NCBI GenBank assembly: GCA_965237955.1
Contig: OZ250169.1
Span: 736,001-800,000, forward strand
DNA length: 64,000 nucleotides
From: Candidatus Marinacidobacterales bacterium
Lineage (GTDB): Bacteria > Acidobacteriota > Vicinamibacteria > Marinacidobacterales > SMYC01
Reading direction: 5' to 3'
The notes beneath the pieces are model-generated. The model was given only the letters and a program-made list of their open reading frames with translations, was not told the origin of the DNA and did no database searches. Positions 43,229 to 54,286 of the stretch are shown here, piece after piece. A program made the position numbers and the translations under genes. How positions within the stretch are numbered: the stretch's first letter is position 1; each line of letters starts with the position of its first letter.

Positions 43229-45749
43229 TCAAGCGATCTGGGCCTTCAGATAGTTTACGAACGATGTACATGAAAGTAGAAAGTAACGAGCGTCCGCCGC
43301 AGTGAGTGTTGGTTCGTCGAGCATCGCATGACGGATGCCGTCCGCGTCGCTCGTGTATCCGTACAGCTTAATGAAGCCATCCTTCAGCGCCTCCCCTCTG
43401 TGCCAACCTCCTTGAGACACTTCGCCCCTTGAAATTAGTGTAGAGGGCGGAGGAGGATCATGAATGACTACGTTGATTGAGAGAATGACCCCGGCGGGAT
43501 CGGAAGGAGCCCGTAGGGCGACTGCAGATCGCGCCGGCCGCGATGCGGCAGGGGTCCCGGATCCCGAAGTGAGTGAGCAAGCGAAGCGTCGACGCTTTAC
43601 CGCAGAGTACAAGCTGCGGATAGTGCGCGAGGCCGATGCTTGCAAGGGTGACGGGGATGTTGCGGCTCTTCTGCGTCGAGAGGGACTGTACTCGCCGCAT
43701 CTTTCGAGTTGGCGTCGCCAACGTGACAAGATTGCCAAGGCGGGGTTGACATCGAGGAAGCGAGGACGGAAGGCGAAGGCAGAGGATCCACGGGTCAAGG
43801 AGCTCGAGCGCGAGAACGCGCGATTGAAGCATCGCCTGGCTCGGGTGGAGACGATGCTAGAGATCCAAAAAAAAACCTCCGAACTTCTGGGGATCCCCCT
43901 GAATCCACCAGACAGCGACGAGAACGATTGATGGTGGCGGCCGAGGAGCTGGCGGGACGAATTGGACAGACGGCGGAAGCCTGCGAGGCCCTTGGAATAG
44001 CTCGCTCCACGTTGTATCGCAGGCGCCAGACGGTGACGTCCAATGCGAAACGCCGCCCTCGGTCGCACCGAGCCCTCGATGTGACCGAACGTGAGCTGGT
44101 TCTCGGTGCCTTGCACTCCGAGCGGTTCGTCGACAAGGCGCCCGCTCAGGTGTGGGCCACGCTCCTGGACGAGGGAATCTACTACTGCTCGATCCGCACG
44201 ATGTATCGGATTCTGGCGGAGAACGGAGAGGTCCGAGAGCGCCGGAACCAGCTGCGACATCCGAATTATCAAAAGCCGGAGCTGCTGGCCGAAGCGCCGA
44301 ACCAGGTTTGGTCGTGGGATATCACCAAGCTGCGTGGCCCCGTCAAGTGGACCTACTACTACCTCTACGTGATTCTGGACATCTTCTCCCGTTACGTGAC
44401 CGGGTGGATGTTGGCTCGACGAGAAAGCGCTGAGCTCGCTCGTCGTCTCATCAGCGAGAGCTGCCGCAAACAGAACATCGAACCAGACCAGCTCACCATC
44501 CACGCCGACCGTGGCAGCTCGATGCGAAGCAAGTCCGTAGCTATGCTCCTGGCTGACCTCGGCGTTACCAAGACCCACTCCAGACCTTACGTCTCGAACG
44601 ATAACCCCTACTCCGAGTCCCAGTTCAAGACTCTGAAGTATTGCCCTCAGTTTCCGAGCCGTTTTGGTTCCATCGAAGACGGCCGGCTGTTCTGCGGCGG
44701 CTTCCTCGACTACTACAATCACGAACGCCGGCACGCGGGAATCGGCCTCATGACACCGGCCGCCGTTCACGATGGTCTCGCGGAACAGCTCACCACTGCC
44801 CGGCGCCAAATCCTCCTCGAAGCTCATCGGGCTCATCCCGAACGCTTCGTTCGCGGAATGCCACAGCCCCCCGTTTTGCCTCCTCAGGCCTGGATCAACC
44901 CGCCGCCGGAGAAAACGACGCGCCAGGAGGCCGCCGGAGCCACTTTCTCGAGGTGGTCCACACCTGGGGTACCCCCGGATTCAGGCCAACGCGACCAGAT
45001 CTCGCCGCACGCAGACGGTGACCGCCCCGGGCCCACGAGTCTTACTGCATTGATTGAGGCTCACTAAATGCAGTCCGCGGGTGTCTCAAAGTTGTTGACA
45101 CGTTCCGCTCATGCAGCAATCCATTCTTTTCTATCGCCTTGAGAGCGTCACTCAACGTGGCCTTTGGCTTTTCCGAAACAATTCTGGCCATGCTTTCGAC
45201 TGCCAAGATTGACTCTTTGATTGAGTTCCTATAGTCAGGGTTCTCGCGTTTGGCGTACAGGTCCAATGCCTGTTGTATGTGAGCGCCAACGCCAGCGAAC
45301 CGGGAGTCCGCAAGAACCGTTTCCAGCATTTCGCGTTCTTGGGCATTTGTTATGTCTGTGATGTGTCCAGACACAAAGCGGTATCCTGACAACTCCCGCT
45401 CAAGAGTACGGTTGAAGGATTCGAGTTGCAGTTCGGATTTGAAGTACCCAACAACAAATTCGAGAAAGTCGTACACTTCAAACCACTCGCACCCAAAAAA
45501 ATGCTCTCGAATGTGTGCCAGAATTAGGTCGTTATCCTTGGGCCTCGAATCAATTGGTTTCTTGAAGAAGTCAGACCACAATGCTTCGCTGAATAATTCT
45601 ATTAAGCCGTGGTTCAGGGACTGATCCTGGAGCCATAGCTCCACGGTGAGTGTGTTCCAGAGAGAATTCCGTAGTTCGGAATTCATCGAGTCAATCTGGA
45701 TGACTTCCGAGACCGGCTTGAGTCCCTTCCGATGACTGAATGGCTTCAT
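43229..45749 (-). pseudogene. AbiJ-NTD4-like/HEPN abortive-infection protein interrupted by an IS3-family element
   Basis: MKPFSHRKG...LRNSLWN...WFEVYDFLEF...DYRNSIKESI...LLHE joins ALKDGFIKLYGYTSDADGIRHAM when 43394-45107 is removed. Confidence 0.75.
43394..45107 (+). mobile_element. Complete IS3-family element (orfA 43464-43931, orfB 43928-45067), 3-bp TSD CTC
   Basis: RRRFTAEYKLRIV, WSWDITKL, HADRGSSM, DNPYSESQFKTLKY. Subterminal IRs TTGAGACAC / GTGTCTCAA. Confidence 0.9.
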
Positions 45750-45992
45750 TTTCGCAACAGATTCTCTCAGGTCCAGGCGGCGCGCGTTGGCGACGATCTC
45801 GTTGCCATGAAACGCCTCGTGTCGACCACCGCACGCCGTCGTGTCCGAAAATACGAACGGAGCCGGAAAACTCGAATCCTAGAGGCGTTCTCAAAATTCG
45901 CAGAGACCAGCCGACGTGGCACTGGCTCTGTGATAGGCGCTCCCGAGCAGACCTCTTATTCTAGCTCCCATTGCCAACCAAGCCTAGACACC

Positions 45993-46301
45993 TGTGCCTT
46001 CTATTTATTCATCCGGGCGCCCCAAACTTGATTAGTCTCCGGTCTGCCGGCACCATGCCTGCTTGATTTCGTCGTTTGTTCGCGCTCTCATCTCCGCCTT
46101 CAAGGCTCGTCGCGAGCTGGCTCTCGACAATGTCGCTCTTCGGCAGCAGCTCGCCGTCCTCCGCCGTTCGGTGAAACGGCCGCGGCTCGCGAACGTCGAC
46201 CGCGGGTTTTGGGTAACTGTAGAGCCTAAGGGCCCTTGGCCCAGTCGCTAAGCTGCTGATTCATGGTCTATTTCAAAAGGGCTGAGTTTTGGCACAGGAC
46301 G
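45993..46301 (+). mobile_element. 309-bp MITE, copy 3
   Basis: Near-identical to 10625-10933. Confidence 0.9.
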
Positions 46302-46554
46302 GGGGTGAAGTCAGTCAAAGAGGAATGTCTCTCGAAGCTCATCCTGTTCGGCGAGAAGTCGCTCCGTCATGCGCTTAGGGAGTACGTCGTCTACTATCAC
46401 CACGAGAGGAATCATCAAGGCAAGGAGAATCTACTGCTGTTCCCAGCCAGCGACCAGTTACCTCAGTCCGAGCGCAAGGTGTGCTCCCGTGAACGGCTTG
46501 GCGGGTTGCTACGTTTCTACCATCGGGAAGCCGCATGAGTATTTTGACCTCACG
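46302..46554 (+). mobile_element. rve transposase 3' fragment with end
   Basis: VKEECLSK...ERNHQG...RERLGGLLRFYHREAA, then GAGTATTTTGACCTCACG. Confidence 0.85.
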
Positions 46555-46621
46555 GAGTGATCAGACTTACCGAATTGTCTGGTCGGGTGGCGTCAATCCG
46601 CTGCTCAATTACATCAGCCAT
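46555..46621 (-). pseudogene. First ~22 codons of a probable DUF3326 paralogue, cut by an element end
   Basis: MADVIEQRIDATRPDNSVSLI starts 19 bp after the decarboxylase stop and aligns weakly with MLLFEEQFEASVNVRHNGLL at 38193. Confidence 0.4.
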
Positions 46622-46640
46622 GCTTTATCGCACTTTCCCC

Positions 46641-47028
46641 TTAGTGCCGAACTACTACGTTCGCCGTCCAGTTCGCAGAGCCAAACCACTCGGCCGTAAA
46701 CTGAGCCGCTTCATCCGTCGAATTTCTTGCACGAGAAGATATTGATGTAGGCGGACTTCATCAAATCGAGCGTGTGAATCACAATTGTGCTCGTGAGAAT
46801 GAATTGGACGGCGCTGGTTCCCTTCGTCTTGGGATCAGTTTGCTGGTCTTCGTTGGGCACACCGAGATCATCCCAAAAATAGAGATCGCAGCATTCCATG
46901 TCGATTACTTCACAAAGCTCTGAACAACACCGTTCAATATCAGCGCGTGTAAACGTGCTTGAGTCGCAGTCGTGCAAATCTAAAATGAGTTCCAATCCGT
47001 AATGATCTGTTTGTACGGTTGTTGTCAT
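46641..47028 (-). pseudogene. Second SAM-decarboxylase-like gene, frameshifted near 46715
   Basis: Highly similar to 37735-38163 (identical PKTKGTSAVQFILTSTIVIHTL). The shifted frame continues DEAAQFTAEWFGSANWTANVVVRH*. Confidence 0.85.
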
Positions 47029-47053
47029 CGGCTCCGCACCAAGAAACTGTCTA

Positions 47054-47210
47054 ACAGCCCGTCGCGAAAGTCATCCAGCAGCGAAAAATAGAGGCTGTCA
47101 CCAATTCGCCGCCCCCCCGGTCATAGCCTTAGAAACAAAGTGCTTGGACTGAAGCGAATTGTCTGGCTGTATCCGTTTTTTTTGCGACGTATACTTCCAT
47201 CAGAGGCTTA
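47054..47210. mobile_element. ~156-bp MITE inserted at the HNH stop codon
   Basis: CTA(A) repeated at 47051 and 47211. Imperfect IRs CAGCCCGTCGCGAAAGT / AAGCCTCTGATGGAAGT (10/17). Confidence 0.55.
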
Positions 47211-48056
47211 CTAACCCTCTCCGTGTGCAAGATCGAACAGCGGAGTGTATCGCGACAATGACTTCTTGAGGGCAAAGCGTCGAGCCAATGCAAACGTCAA
47301 AGCGCCAGAACGAACCTCCTCCAAGTACTGCCACTTCTTTGGGACATCGGGGCTGTTAGCGCCCAAGCATGTCACGTACATATGTACAGCATTCTCTGTG
47401 TCTTCGATAGCCTTCAACCTGTCTTTGATCAGCGCTTCACGGATATTCAAACCCAAAATGCGAATAAACACCTTGCCTCTTTCTGATTTTTCTCTGAGTA
47501 TTCCCGTCTCATCTATAGAGAGATGTTCAGCCGGTTCATCCACCAGCGGATTTAACAGGAGTGGTTGCTCATTCACCTCACCTCCCGGTTCGGTCGCATG
47601 TTTTCCATCCACCGGGAACCGCGCCCCCTTTCCTACTGGGACGCCTCCGTGCTTCTTCGCGTTGATTCGGTTGCAGTCGATGCACGCATAAAGGAGATTT
47701 GACCACTCGTACGTTAGCCAGTAATAGCCCGGATGAGGAACCTCCTCTCCACCGTTCGAATCTACCATAACGGGACTTTGATCTTCGTGAGTCACCTTGC
47801 CCTTTGGCCGATAGTGCTCAATGTCGCCTGGTTGGGTGCTCTCGATTCGACCCTCGCAGTACGCACACTTGCCAAAAAATGGCGGTCCATCGTGCTTGTA
47901 AACCGCCGTCATGCGGGAATCCTTGTACAGATTAATGAGTTGGGCATCTTCACCGTTCCGGACTCGTTCAATCACAGCATCACGTTCCAACTGGCACTCA
48001 TTACACCACTCTTTCCAATCGTCGGAATCCGGTTCCACTAATTCCAGCTTAATCAC
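47211..48056 (-). CDS. HNH endonuclease (PtuB/retron-effector-like)
   Basis: GKCAYCE, DIEHYRPK, GYYWLTYEWSNLLYACIDCN, PLLLNP. Confidence 0.85.
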   Translation of the reverse strand: MIKLELVEPDSDDWKEWCNECQLERDAVIERVRNGEDAQLINLYKDSRMTAVYKHDGPPFFGKCAYCEGRIESTQPGDIEHYRPKGKVTHEDQSPVMVDSNGGEEVPHPGYYWLTYEWSNLLYACIDCNRINAKKHGGVPVGKGARFPVDGKHATEPGGEVNEQPLLLNPLVDEPAEHLSIDETGILREKSERGKVFIRILGLNIREALIKDRLKAIEDTENAVHMYVTCLGANSPDVPKKWQYLEEVRSGALTFALARRFALKKSLSRYTPLFDLAHGEG

Positions 48057-49378
48057 GAATCGCCTTCATCAAATATCTCGGTGAGCTGTCTCCTCGCTTC
48101 GAGATCCAAAGCCTCCAGCGTCACGTTGCCACTCGTAATTGCGTCGGCAGCCAGTCTCTCTAATGTCTCTCGTACCGCCTTGCGAACGTACGCCTGAAGG
48201 GTGCTCTCGTTTTGGCTGAATGTGTCCACGAGTCCATCATGCAGCCCTTGAAGTTCTTGTTCTTCCTCTGGTGTGCGCTGGCGCTTGCTTGACAGGTCGG
48301 AATAGCGCCCCACATCTTGTGTGACCTGATCACTGGTCGTGGATACAAGACCGAACAAGTGAGAGGTCAGTACCTGGTCTGCGCGGAGATTGCGAGGGGG
48401 ATACAAGTCCTTCCGCACGGTGAGGTTCGATCCCGACAGCTCCAACAGTATGAGCTGACACAGCTCGTCAGCTAGAGCTGACGAGCCAATAGCCACTAAA
48501 GGTGCGTGTGTTGTCGTGATGAATTGAATGCCAGGAAACTCCTTGGCAAGTCGGCCGATGATTACCCTTTGCCAGTAGGGATGCAGATGTTTTTCAAGTT
48601 CATCTATTAGTACTATTCCTTCAATTCGTGTCGCGAATTTATTTTGCCTGCTAAGAAGTGACCATCCAAGTAGGTCACAGACCCACGCAATTGTGGCGAC
48701 GTATCCGTCACCCAATGCCCCGAGTGGTACGAACTCTCCCCACGGCCCACGAACTTTAAGACCGGAAGAATTTAGAGTTGTCGCTCCGGGAGGCAAGTTC
48801 AAAACACGATCGACGAGCGTGAGCAGTTCGTCTTGTGAGGTCTCCGCGTTACGTAGAATCCGATACAGTGCAGTTTCTGGATTCTGAAGGCGCGAGTCGT
48901 AGTTGAAGAGAGAATAAACAGCGTCGACTACGCGATATTTTTCATATACTTCGTTTCCCACAGATCGGACGGCTGCGCCGTATCCGCAAGCAAACAATTG
49001 TGACCGCGGGATGCCATTGGATTCGGCCTCCTGCTTAACATCTTCATTTCCATCATCGTTTTTTCTGAAAGTCGTTGTAATCGTATAGGCTATGCCTGGG
49101 TCCGTGCTGGAAAAGAGTTTGATCTCAATGATGGCTTCGCTGGAGCCCGTCCGGATGATTTCTCCAGACATTTCCGTTAGGAGGCCGGATGCTCCGGTTT
49201 CGTCGCAAAGCCCCATCGCAATCGCACGGAGAAGGCTCGTCTTACCGGTACCGTTGTCACCGAGAATTAAGGTCCAGCTTGCTTGCTCTTGGTCTTGCGA
49301 CGGAGGGACCAGGTCGATCACCGTTTCCCCTTGGAAACATCGCACATCAACTAGTCGTATGCTGGATATGTAGAGCAT
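48053..49378 (-). CDS. ABC/AAA ATPase (PtuA-like)
   Basis: GDNGTGKT Walker A, LGDGY signature, VLIDELEKHLHPYWQ Walker B, QFITTTHAP. 4-bp overlap with the HNH gene. Confidence 0.88.
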   Translation of the reverse strand: MLYISSIRLVDVRCFQGETVIDLVPPSQDQEQASWTLILGDNGTGKTSLLRAIAMGLCDETGASGLLTEMSGEIIRTGSSEAIIEIKLFSSTDPGIAYTITTTFRKNDDGNEDVKQEAESNGIPRSQLFACGYGAAVRSVGNEVYEKYRVVDAVYSLFNYDSRLQNPETALYRILRNAETSQDELLTLVDRVLNLPPGATTLNSSGLKVRGPWGEFVPLGALGDGYVATIAWVCDLLGWSLLSRQNKFATRIEGIVLIDELEKHLHPYWQRVIIGRLAKEFPGIQFITTTHAPLVAIGSSALADELCQLILLELSGSNLTVRKDLYPPRNLRADQVLTSHLFGLVSTTSDQVTQDVGRYSDLSSKRQRTPEEEQELQGLHDGLVDTFSQNESTLQAYVRKAVRETLERLAADAITSGNVTLEALDLEARRQLTEIFDEGDS

Positions 49379-49454
49379 GCTTCGTCTCGCTTTGTTGCTT
49401 AATAGAGTCCGATCCCCTCCTGCAGATTATAGAGCAGAAAACCCAGAGGCCAAA

Positions 49455-50065
49455 GGCTGTGATCCGCAAAAAGAAACTCGCGTATCGACGTGGGGATTGC
49501 AGTTCGGAGATTTTGTCGAAATCGGGACGATGTCCACGTCGTTTTCCTTCAGGACTTCTCGAAACTCTGTTGTGTATTTCGAATCTCGGTCGGTGATGAG
49601 GTGCGAGTAGCCTCGGAGAAAGCTGTCGTCGAACGCGGCAAGGTCGAGCGCTACTTGTTTCATGAAGACTCGGTCCGGGGTGAACTTCTGGTCGCGGTCC
49701 AAGATGAGCAATCGCTTGCCACGCAGAAAGCGCTCGAGCGGGTCGGTGAGATTCCGACCGACCTGCATCATGAACGCGCCGTCCGGCCTGGGAGTGATTC
49801 CGGCAATGTGCACTTTTCGCGAAGACAGCTCGATGACGACGAGCACATAGTAGGTCACGAGCCTGCGGACCGTGGCGACCTCGACGGTGAAAAAGTCGGT
49901 CGCAGCAATGGTTTCCCAATGGGCGGTGAGAAACGTGCGCCACGGTGTCCGTTCACCTCTCTCCGGCGCAGGCTCGATACCGTGTTCTCGCAGAATATTG
50001 GCGATGGTGCTCCTGGCTACCGTATGGCGGAGATTCGAGAGGGCACCGCGAATGCGTGTATACCT
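49455..50065 (-). pseudogene. Scrambled rve transposase fragments
   Basis: TRIRGALSNL, AATDFFTVEV, LDRDQKF, then a second overlapping ITDRDSKY segment. Confidence 0.75.
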
Positions 50066-50579
50066 GTCCCTTCCATAAACTCGAGCTTGCATGAGATTGG
50101 CGAACTGCCCGCAACCAGGACGCTTTGGTCGTCTTCATGTAGGACGTTTTTAGAGCCGGCGTCGGCTCTACTCAGGGGTAGAGGTGTAAGCTGGTGCGAA
50201 GTCCCACAGCCATTCCGAGCAGGTCGGACTCAAGCAGCGCTTCGAGTGTAATAATGATGGAGACCACCGACCTTTGGAATGGCACTGACTTTGCCCATCG
50301 CCGGTGACTCTACCCCGTCCTGTGCCAAAACTCGGCCCTTTTGAAATAGACTACAAATCAGCAGCTTAGACGCCCTTGGAATCCGCGCAGAATCGAGTGT
50401 ATTTCGCGCCGCAGGGCTGGCTTCCGACCCCTGAGCTGCGGGTGGCGAGCGACAGGCCCACCGGGGGTGCGCACGGCTGGCTCAAATCGGCTGCGGGGCG
50501 AGCTACGGGCAGTGAACTTCGCACCCGGAAGTCCCTCATTAGACTGGACTTTATCGAGCACAAGAGCGAACGTTCGGTG

Positions 50580-51011
50580 ATGCCGCAGGATACAGGGGTT
50601 GGCCGGAACGTCGTTTTGGACGGTTTGGACTTCGCCAGCTTACGGCGGGTCTGGGAGCAGACCTTTGGGGCTGCTCCTCCAAGCTCGCTCTCGCGTGTTT
50701 TCCTGCGCCGCGTTCTCTTGCACGAACGCCAGTGCCGGACCCATGGCGGGCTTTCGGCCGCAACCCGGCGCGCTCTGGCTGCCATGGCGAACGAGACACC
50801 AAGCTCCGGCGCTCCCGCAGGGTCCGTTTCTGCCGGCACCCATCTCGTCCGCGAGTGGAATGGCCGGACCTACCAGGTCGAGGTACTCGACAACGGCTAT
50901 CGGTTCGATGGCAAAACCTATCCGTCCCTCACTACCATCGCAAAGCGAATCACCGGCACCCACTGGTCAGGACCACGCTTTTTCGGTCTCACGCCCAAGC
51001 GCAAGGCCTAA
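50580..51011 (+). CDS. DUF2924-family protein
   Basis: GTHLVREWNGRTYQVEV...SLTTIAKRITGTHWSGPRFFGL. Confidence 0.85.
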   Translation: MPQDTGVGRNVVLDGLDFASLRRVWEQTFGAAPPSSLSRVFLRRVLLHERQCRTHGGLSAATRRALAAMANETPSSGAPAGSVSAGTHLVREWNGRTYQVEVLDNGYRFDGKTYPSLTTIAKRITGTHWSGPRFFGLTPKRKA

Positions 51012-51012
51012 C

Positions 51013-52674
51013 ATGAAGAAGATCCGCTGTGCCATCTATACGCGAAAGAGTGCGGAAGAGGGTCTCGAACAGGAGTTCAACTCCCTCGATGCGCAGCGAG
51101 AAGCCTGCGCCGCGTATGTCGCGAGCCAGAAAGCGGAGGGCTGGGTGCTGCTGCCAACCGTCTACGAGGACGCGGGGCTCTCGGGAGGAACCCTGGAGCG
51201 CCCGGGCCTCCAGCGCTTGCTCGCCGACATCGACGCAGGTCTCGTCGACCAGATTGTGGTCTACAAGGTCGACCGGCTGACCCGTTCCCTCTCCGACTTT
51301 GCGAAGCTCGTCGAGCGGCTCGAGGCGGCCGGCGCGGTTTTCGTCTCGGTGACTCAGTCCTTCAACACCGCGACCAGCATGGGACGACTGACGCTGCATA
51401 TGCTGCTGTCCTTCGCACAATTCGAGCGGGAGGTCACGGCCGAGCGGATCCGCGATAAGGTCGCTGCCTCCAAGCGCAAGGGACTATGGATGGGCGGCCG
51501 CGTACCGCTAGGCTATGAGAAGGACGAGCGCACGCTGCGCATCAACGAGGCTGAGGCCGAAACGGTCCGGACGCTCTATGCGCTGTACCGGAAGCACGGA
51601 ACGCTCCGGCAGGTGAAGGCCGACGCGGACCGTCTGAGACTGCGCACCAAGCAACGCTTCGCCGCGGATGGAACCCGGACAGGCGGGCTGCCGTTCCGTC
51701 GCGGACACCTTCACTGCCTACTGACCAATCCTCTCTACGCCGGCCGCATCCGGCACCAGAGGTGTGTCTACGAGGGCCAGCATCCATCGATCATTGCTCC
51801 GGAGCTCTGGGACGCGGTCCAGGCGCAGCTGCAGGCAGGGGCTGCCAAACCAAGGAGACGCACGACGAAGGGCCGTGCAGCCCGTTCCCCACTGGCAGGC
51901 AAGCTCTTCGACGAGACCGGGGACCGGCTGACGCCGAGCCACACCAAAAAGAAAAACGGGCAACGGCTCCGCTACTACGTCTCCCGGCGCCTCATCCAGC
52001 ACAGTGGCCAAAAGGACCTCTCCGGCTGGCGACTGCCCGCCCCGATGCTGGAACAGACCGTCTTGCATCTCATCCGACAGCATGTGGATGCCACGACCTT
52101 CTCGGCCTCGTTGATCCACACTCCGACGATGCAAGAGCTCGCCTCGGTGCGTCGCTTTTTAGACGGGCTGTGTTCCGGTACTAATGATGATAGTGCCTCG
52201 GCAGCCCCCCTGCTCCGTCTTATCCGGCGGGTCGACATCAGCCCCGGCTCTGTGTCCATCCTGCTCGACCGCAATACGTTCGCTGCTTGCCTCTCTATGG
52301 GACCCGAACGCATTCGCGAGGATGCACTCCGCATCCACGCACCGTTCCGCTTGCGTCGACGCGGCGTCGAGACCAAGCTCGTTCTGGGCAACCCCACGAA
52401 ATCCGTCGACCGCACACTCCTGCGCAATATCGCCAACGCCCTCTCCTGGCTCAACCGAATCAAAGCAGGCAAAACCTATGAGCAGATTGCCACCGAAAAC
52501 GCCATCCCAACGGACCGCGTGCGCAAGGCAATCCGTTATGCCTTCCTGGCTCCCGACATCGTCCGCGCCATTGTCGAAGGCCGCCAGCCCGTTGGGCTGA
52601 CCTCGAGCTACCTCTTGAATCATCCGCTTCCCGACGATTGGGAGAAACAGCGAGTGCTCGTCAAAACGCTGTGA
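51013..52674 (+). CDS. Large serine recombinase
   Basis: RCAIYTRKS, SLDAQRE, SGGTLERPGL, VYKVDRLTRS, FAQFERE, NPLYAG. Confidence 0.93.
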   Translation: MKKIRCAIYTRKSAEEGLEQEFNSLDAQREACAAYVASQKAEGWVLLPTVYEDAGLSGGTLERPGLQRLLADIDAGLVDQIVVYKVDRLTRSLSDFAKLVERLEAAGAVFVSVTQSFNTATSMGRLTLHMLLSFAQFEREVTAERIRDKVAASKRKGLWMGGRVPLGYEKDERTLRINEAEAETVRTLYALYRKHGTLRQVKADADRLRLRTKQRFAADGTRTGGLPFRRGHLHCLLTNPLYAGRIRHQRCVYEGQHPSIIAPELWDAVQAQLQAGAAKPRRRTTKGRAARSPLAGKLFDETGDRLTPSHTKKKNGQRLRYYVSRRLIQHSGQKDLSGWRLPAPMLEQTVLHLIRQHVDATTFSASLIHTPTMQELASVRRFLDGLCSGTNDDSASAAPLLRLIRRVDISPGSVSILLDRNTFAACLSMGPERIREDALRIHAPFRLRRRGVETKLVLGNPTKSVDRTLLRNIANALSWLNRIKAGKTYEQIATENAIPTDRVRKAIRYAFLAPDIVRAIVEGRQPVGLTSSYLLNHPLPDDWEKQRVLVKTL

Positions 52675-53895
52675 GCCTGCCAGCGCCCACTTCGTGAATG
52701 GGCTCGGTTAGCAGCAAGCTGCTCTCCGACACTGGCCTCCACCAATCAGACTCAAACTGGCCCAAATTCCCTGTCATGGTTTCCAGACTCGGATAGCTCC
52801 TTGTACTGGACCGTCTGCGGAGTCATCTTCGTTTCCTCCGTAAAACTCCGCTGGATGAATTCGAGGTTTGGCCAATTCGAATTCCGCTATTCGCCCTCTC
52901 CTCAGGCGCGATCTAGGCATTGAGCGTCTTCTCATTGTCTGCGCGATTAAGTGCAAAAAACGACACCATAAGCCCTAAAATCGCACGAAATTGCATGCTA
53001 AGGGCCTCTTTTGCTCTGTTTCTGATCGTTTTCAGCCTAGAACCAGAAGCTCCAGTCGCCCCCACTCGAGCCTGCCGACTGCGATAGCCGGAAAGGTGTC
53101 CCGTCGACGAACATTCGCTGATGAGACGTAAAGCCTTTTATAACAATAAGTAACGGCCGTAGGTGCCTCCGGAGGGTTTACGACACGGCCCTCTTTCAGG
53201 CGTCCAGGAGGTTGAGATTGCCGTATAGAAAATTTAATTGAAGCAAATTCAATTCCGGCTCGAACGACCACCCGTCGATGATGCGTGCGGGGACCAGCAC
53301 GTGACGGAGGCCGTTAAATCGCTGTAGGGGAAGAGGATAGAAGGAAATGGGCACCAAGGTTGAAACCCGAGAGCACGTAAAACAGCCTTCTCCCGAAACC
53401 TGTGTACGCATCAAAAAACTCAAGAAATGCGCGAAACTCGAAACCTCCTGAATCTCCACTGGCTTTTCTGTTTGAGGATTTCCGCCAAAAGCTGGACCAC
53501 TTTTTGCCGAGACCGGATAGCTCCAACCTGCACCATCCGCCACCCAGTCTGGCCAATTGTGGCACTGCAGAGACGGATGAGATTTTCCGCGCGGTTGGCG
53601 GGGTTTTGCAAGGGTAGGTGGCACCAGAGACGCGCTAGAAGGGCGGAACGGGCCTCATTTTCGGTATTCGTCTCTAATTCCGATTTTCGAGTGCCACGTT
53701 TGCGCTAAAGGGGAGAACGGGCGCTGACCGGGCCGTGCGGCGGCGGAAAAGAGGCCACCCGAGAAGCCCAGAATCGAGGCCGGGGATACCGCAGCGTAGC
53801 TCGCCTAGCACGTTCTGGTCCAAGGTGCGGCCCTGGCCTACTGGATTTCCATCTTGCCCCAGGCCCGGATCCAGGGTCTTCGCCCGGGAGCATGG

Positions 53896-54140
53896 AAGCC
53901 CGGCTCGGAGCACACGGTTCTCCTCTTGCAGGTAGTCGATCACATCCTGCTGCTGGCGGTTGACCCAGCCAGCTAGAACGAGCACTAGGAATTGCACGTG
54001 GTACGTCATCATGGATCTGAAGATAACACCCTCGGGCCAGACGATTGTAAAGCCTACGGCCCTTGGCCCCGGCGCAAACACAGACACTAAGCTGCTGATT
54101 TATGGCCTATTTCAAAAGGGCCGAGTTTTGGCACAGGACG
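53896..54140 (-). mobile_element. rve element 5' stub with type-a end
   Basis: Matches 15636-15852. Confidence 0.8.
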
Positions 54141-54286
54141 GGGTATCCATATCTATCGCTCAACGTGGGGGTGGCGACTGAGTTGACTCCTTTTAAGTCG
54201 GGCAGTTCACCAGGCGCGCGCTGGAGCGCCTGGCAACTGCTTCAAACCTAGAAGGCGGAAATGGCCCGTTTCCCGTTCATCAAGGG

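Noticed and set aside
43229-44836. 535-aa minus-strand ORF
   Set aside because: Antisense to the IS3 ORFs. Only the last ~54 codons are the real AbiJ-like C-terminus.
47048-47056. GTTAGAC upstream of the second decarboxylase as an integron core site
   Set aside because: Better explained as the duplicated target of the 47054-47210 insert. No integrase or complete attC.
47211-49378. Retron system
   Set aside because: ATPase+HNH resemble retron type I-A effectors, but no reverse transcriptase or msr-msd is visible. The upstream region is replaced by transposase debris, so a lost RT cannot be excluded.
50599-51012. N-terminal extension of the recombinase (691-aa ORF)
   Set aside because: Overlaps the DUF2924 gene in another frame. 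The true start is MKKIRCAIY at 51013.
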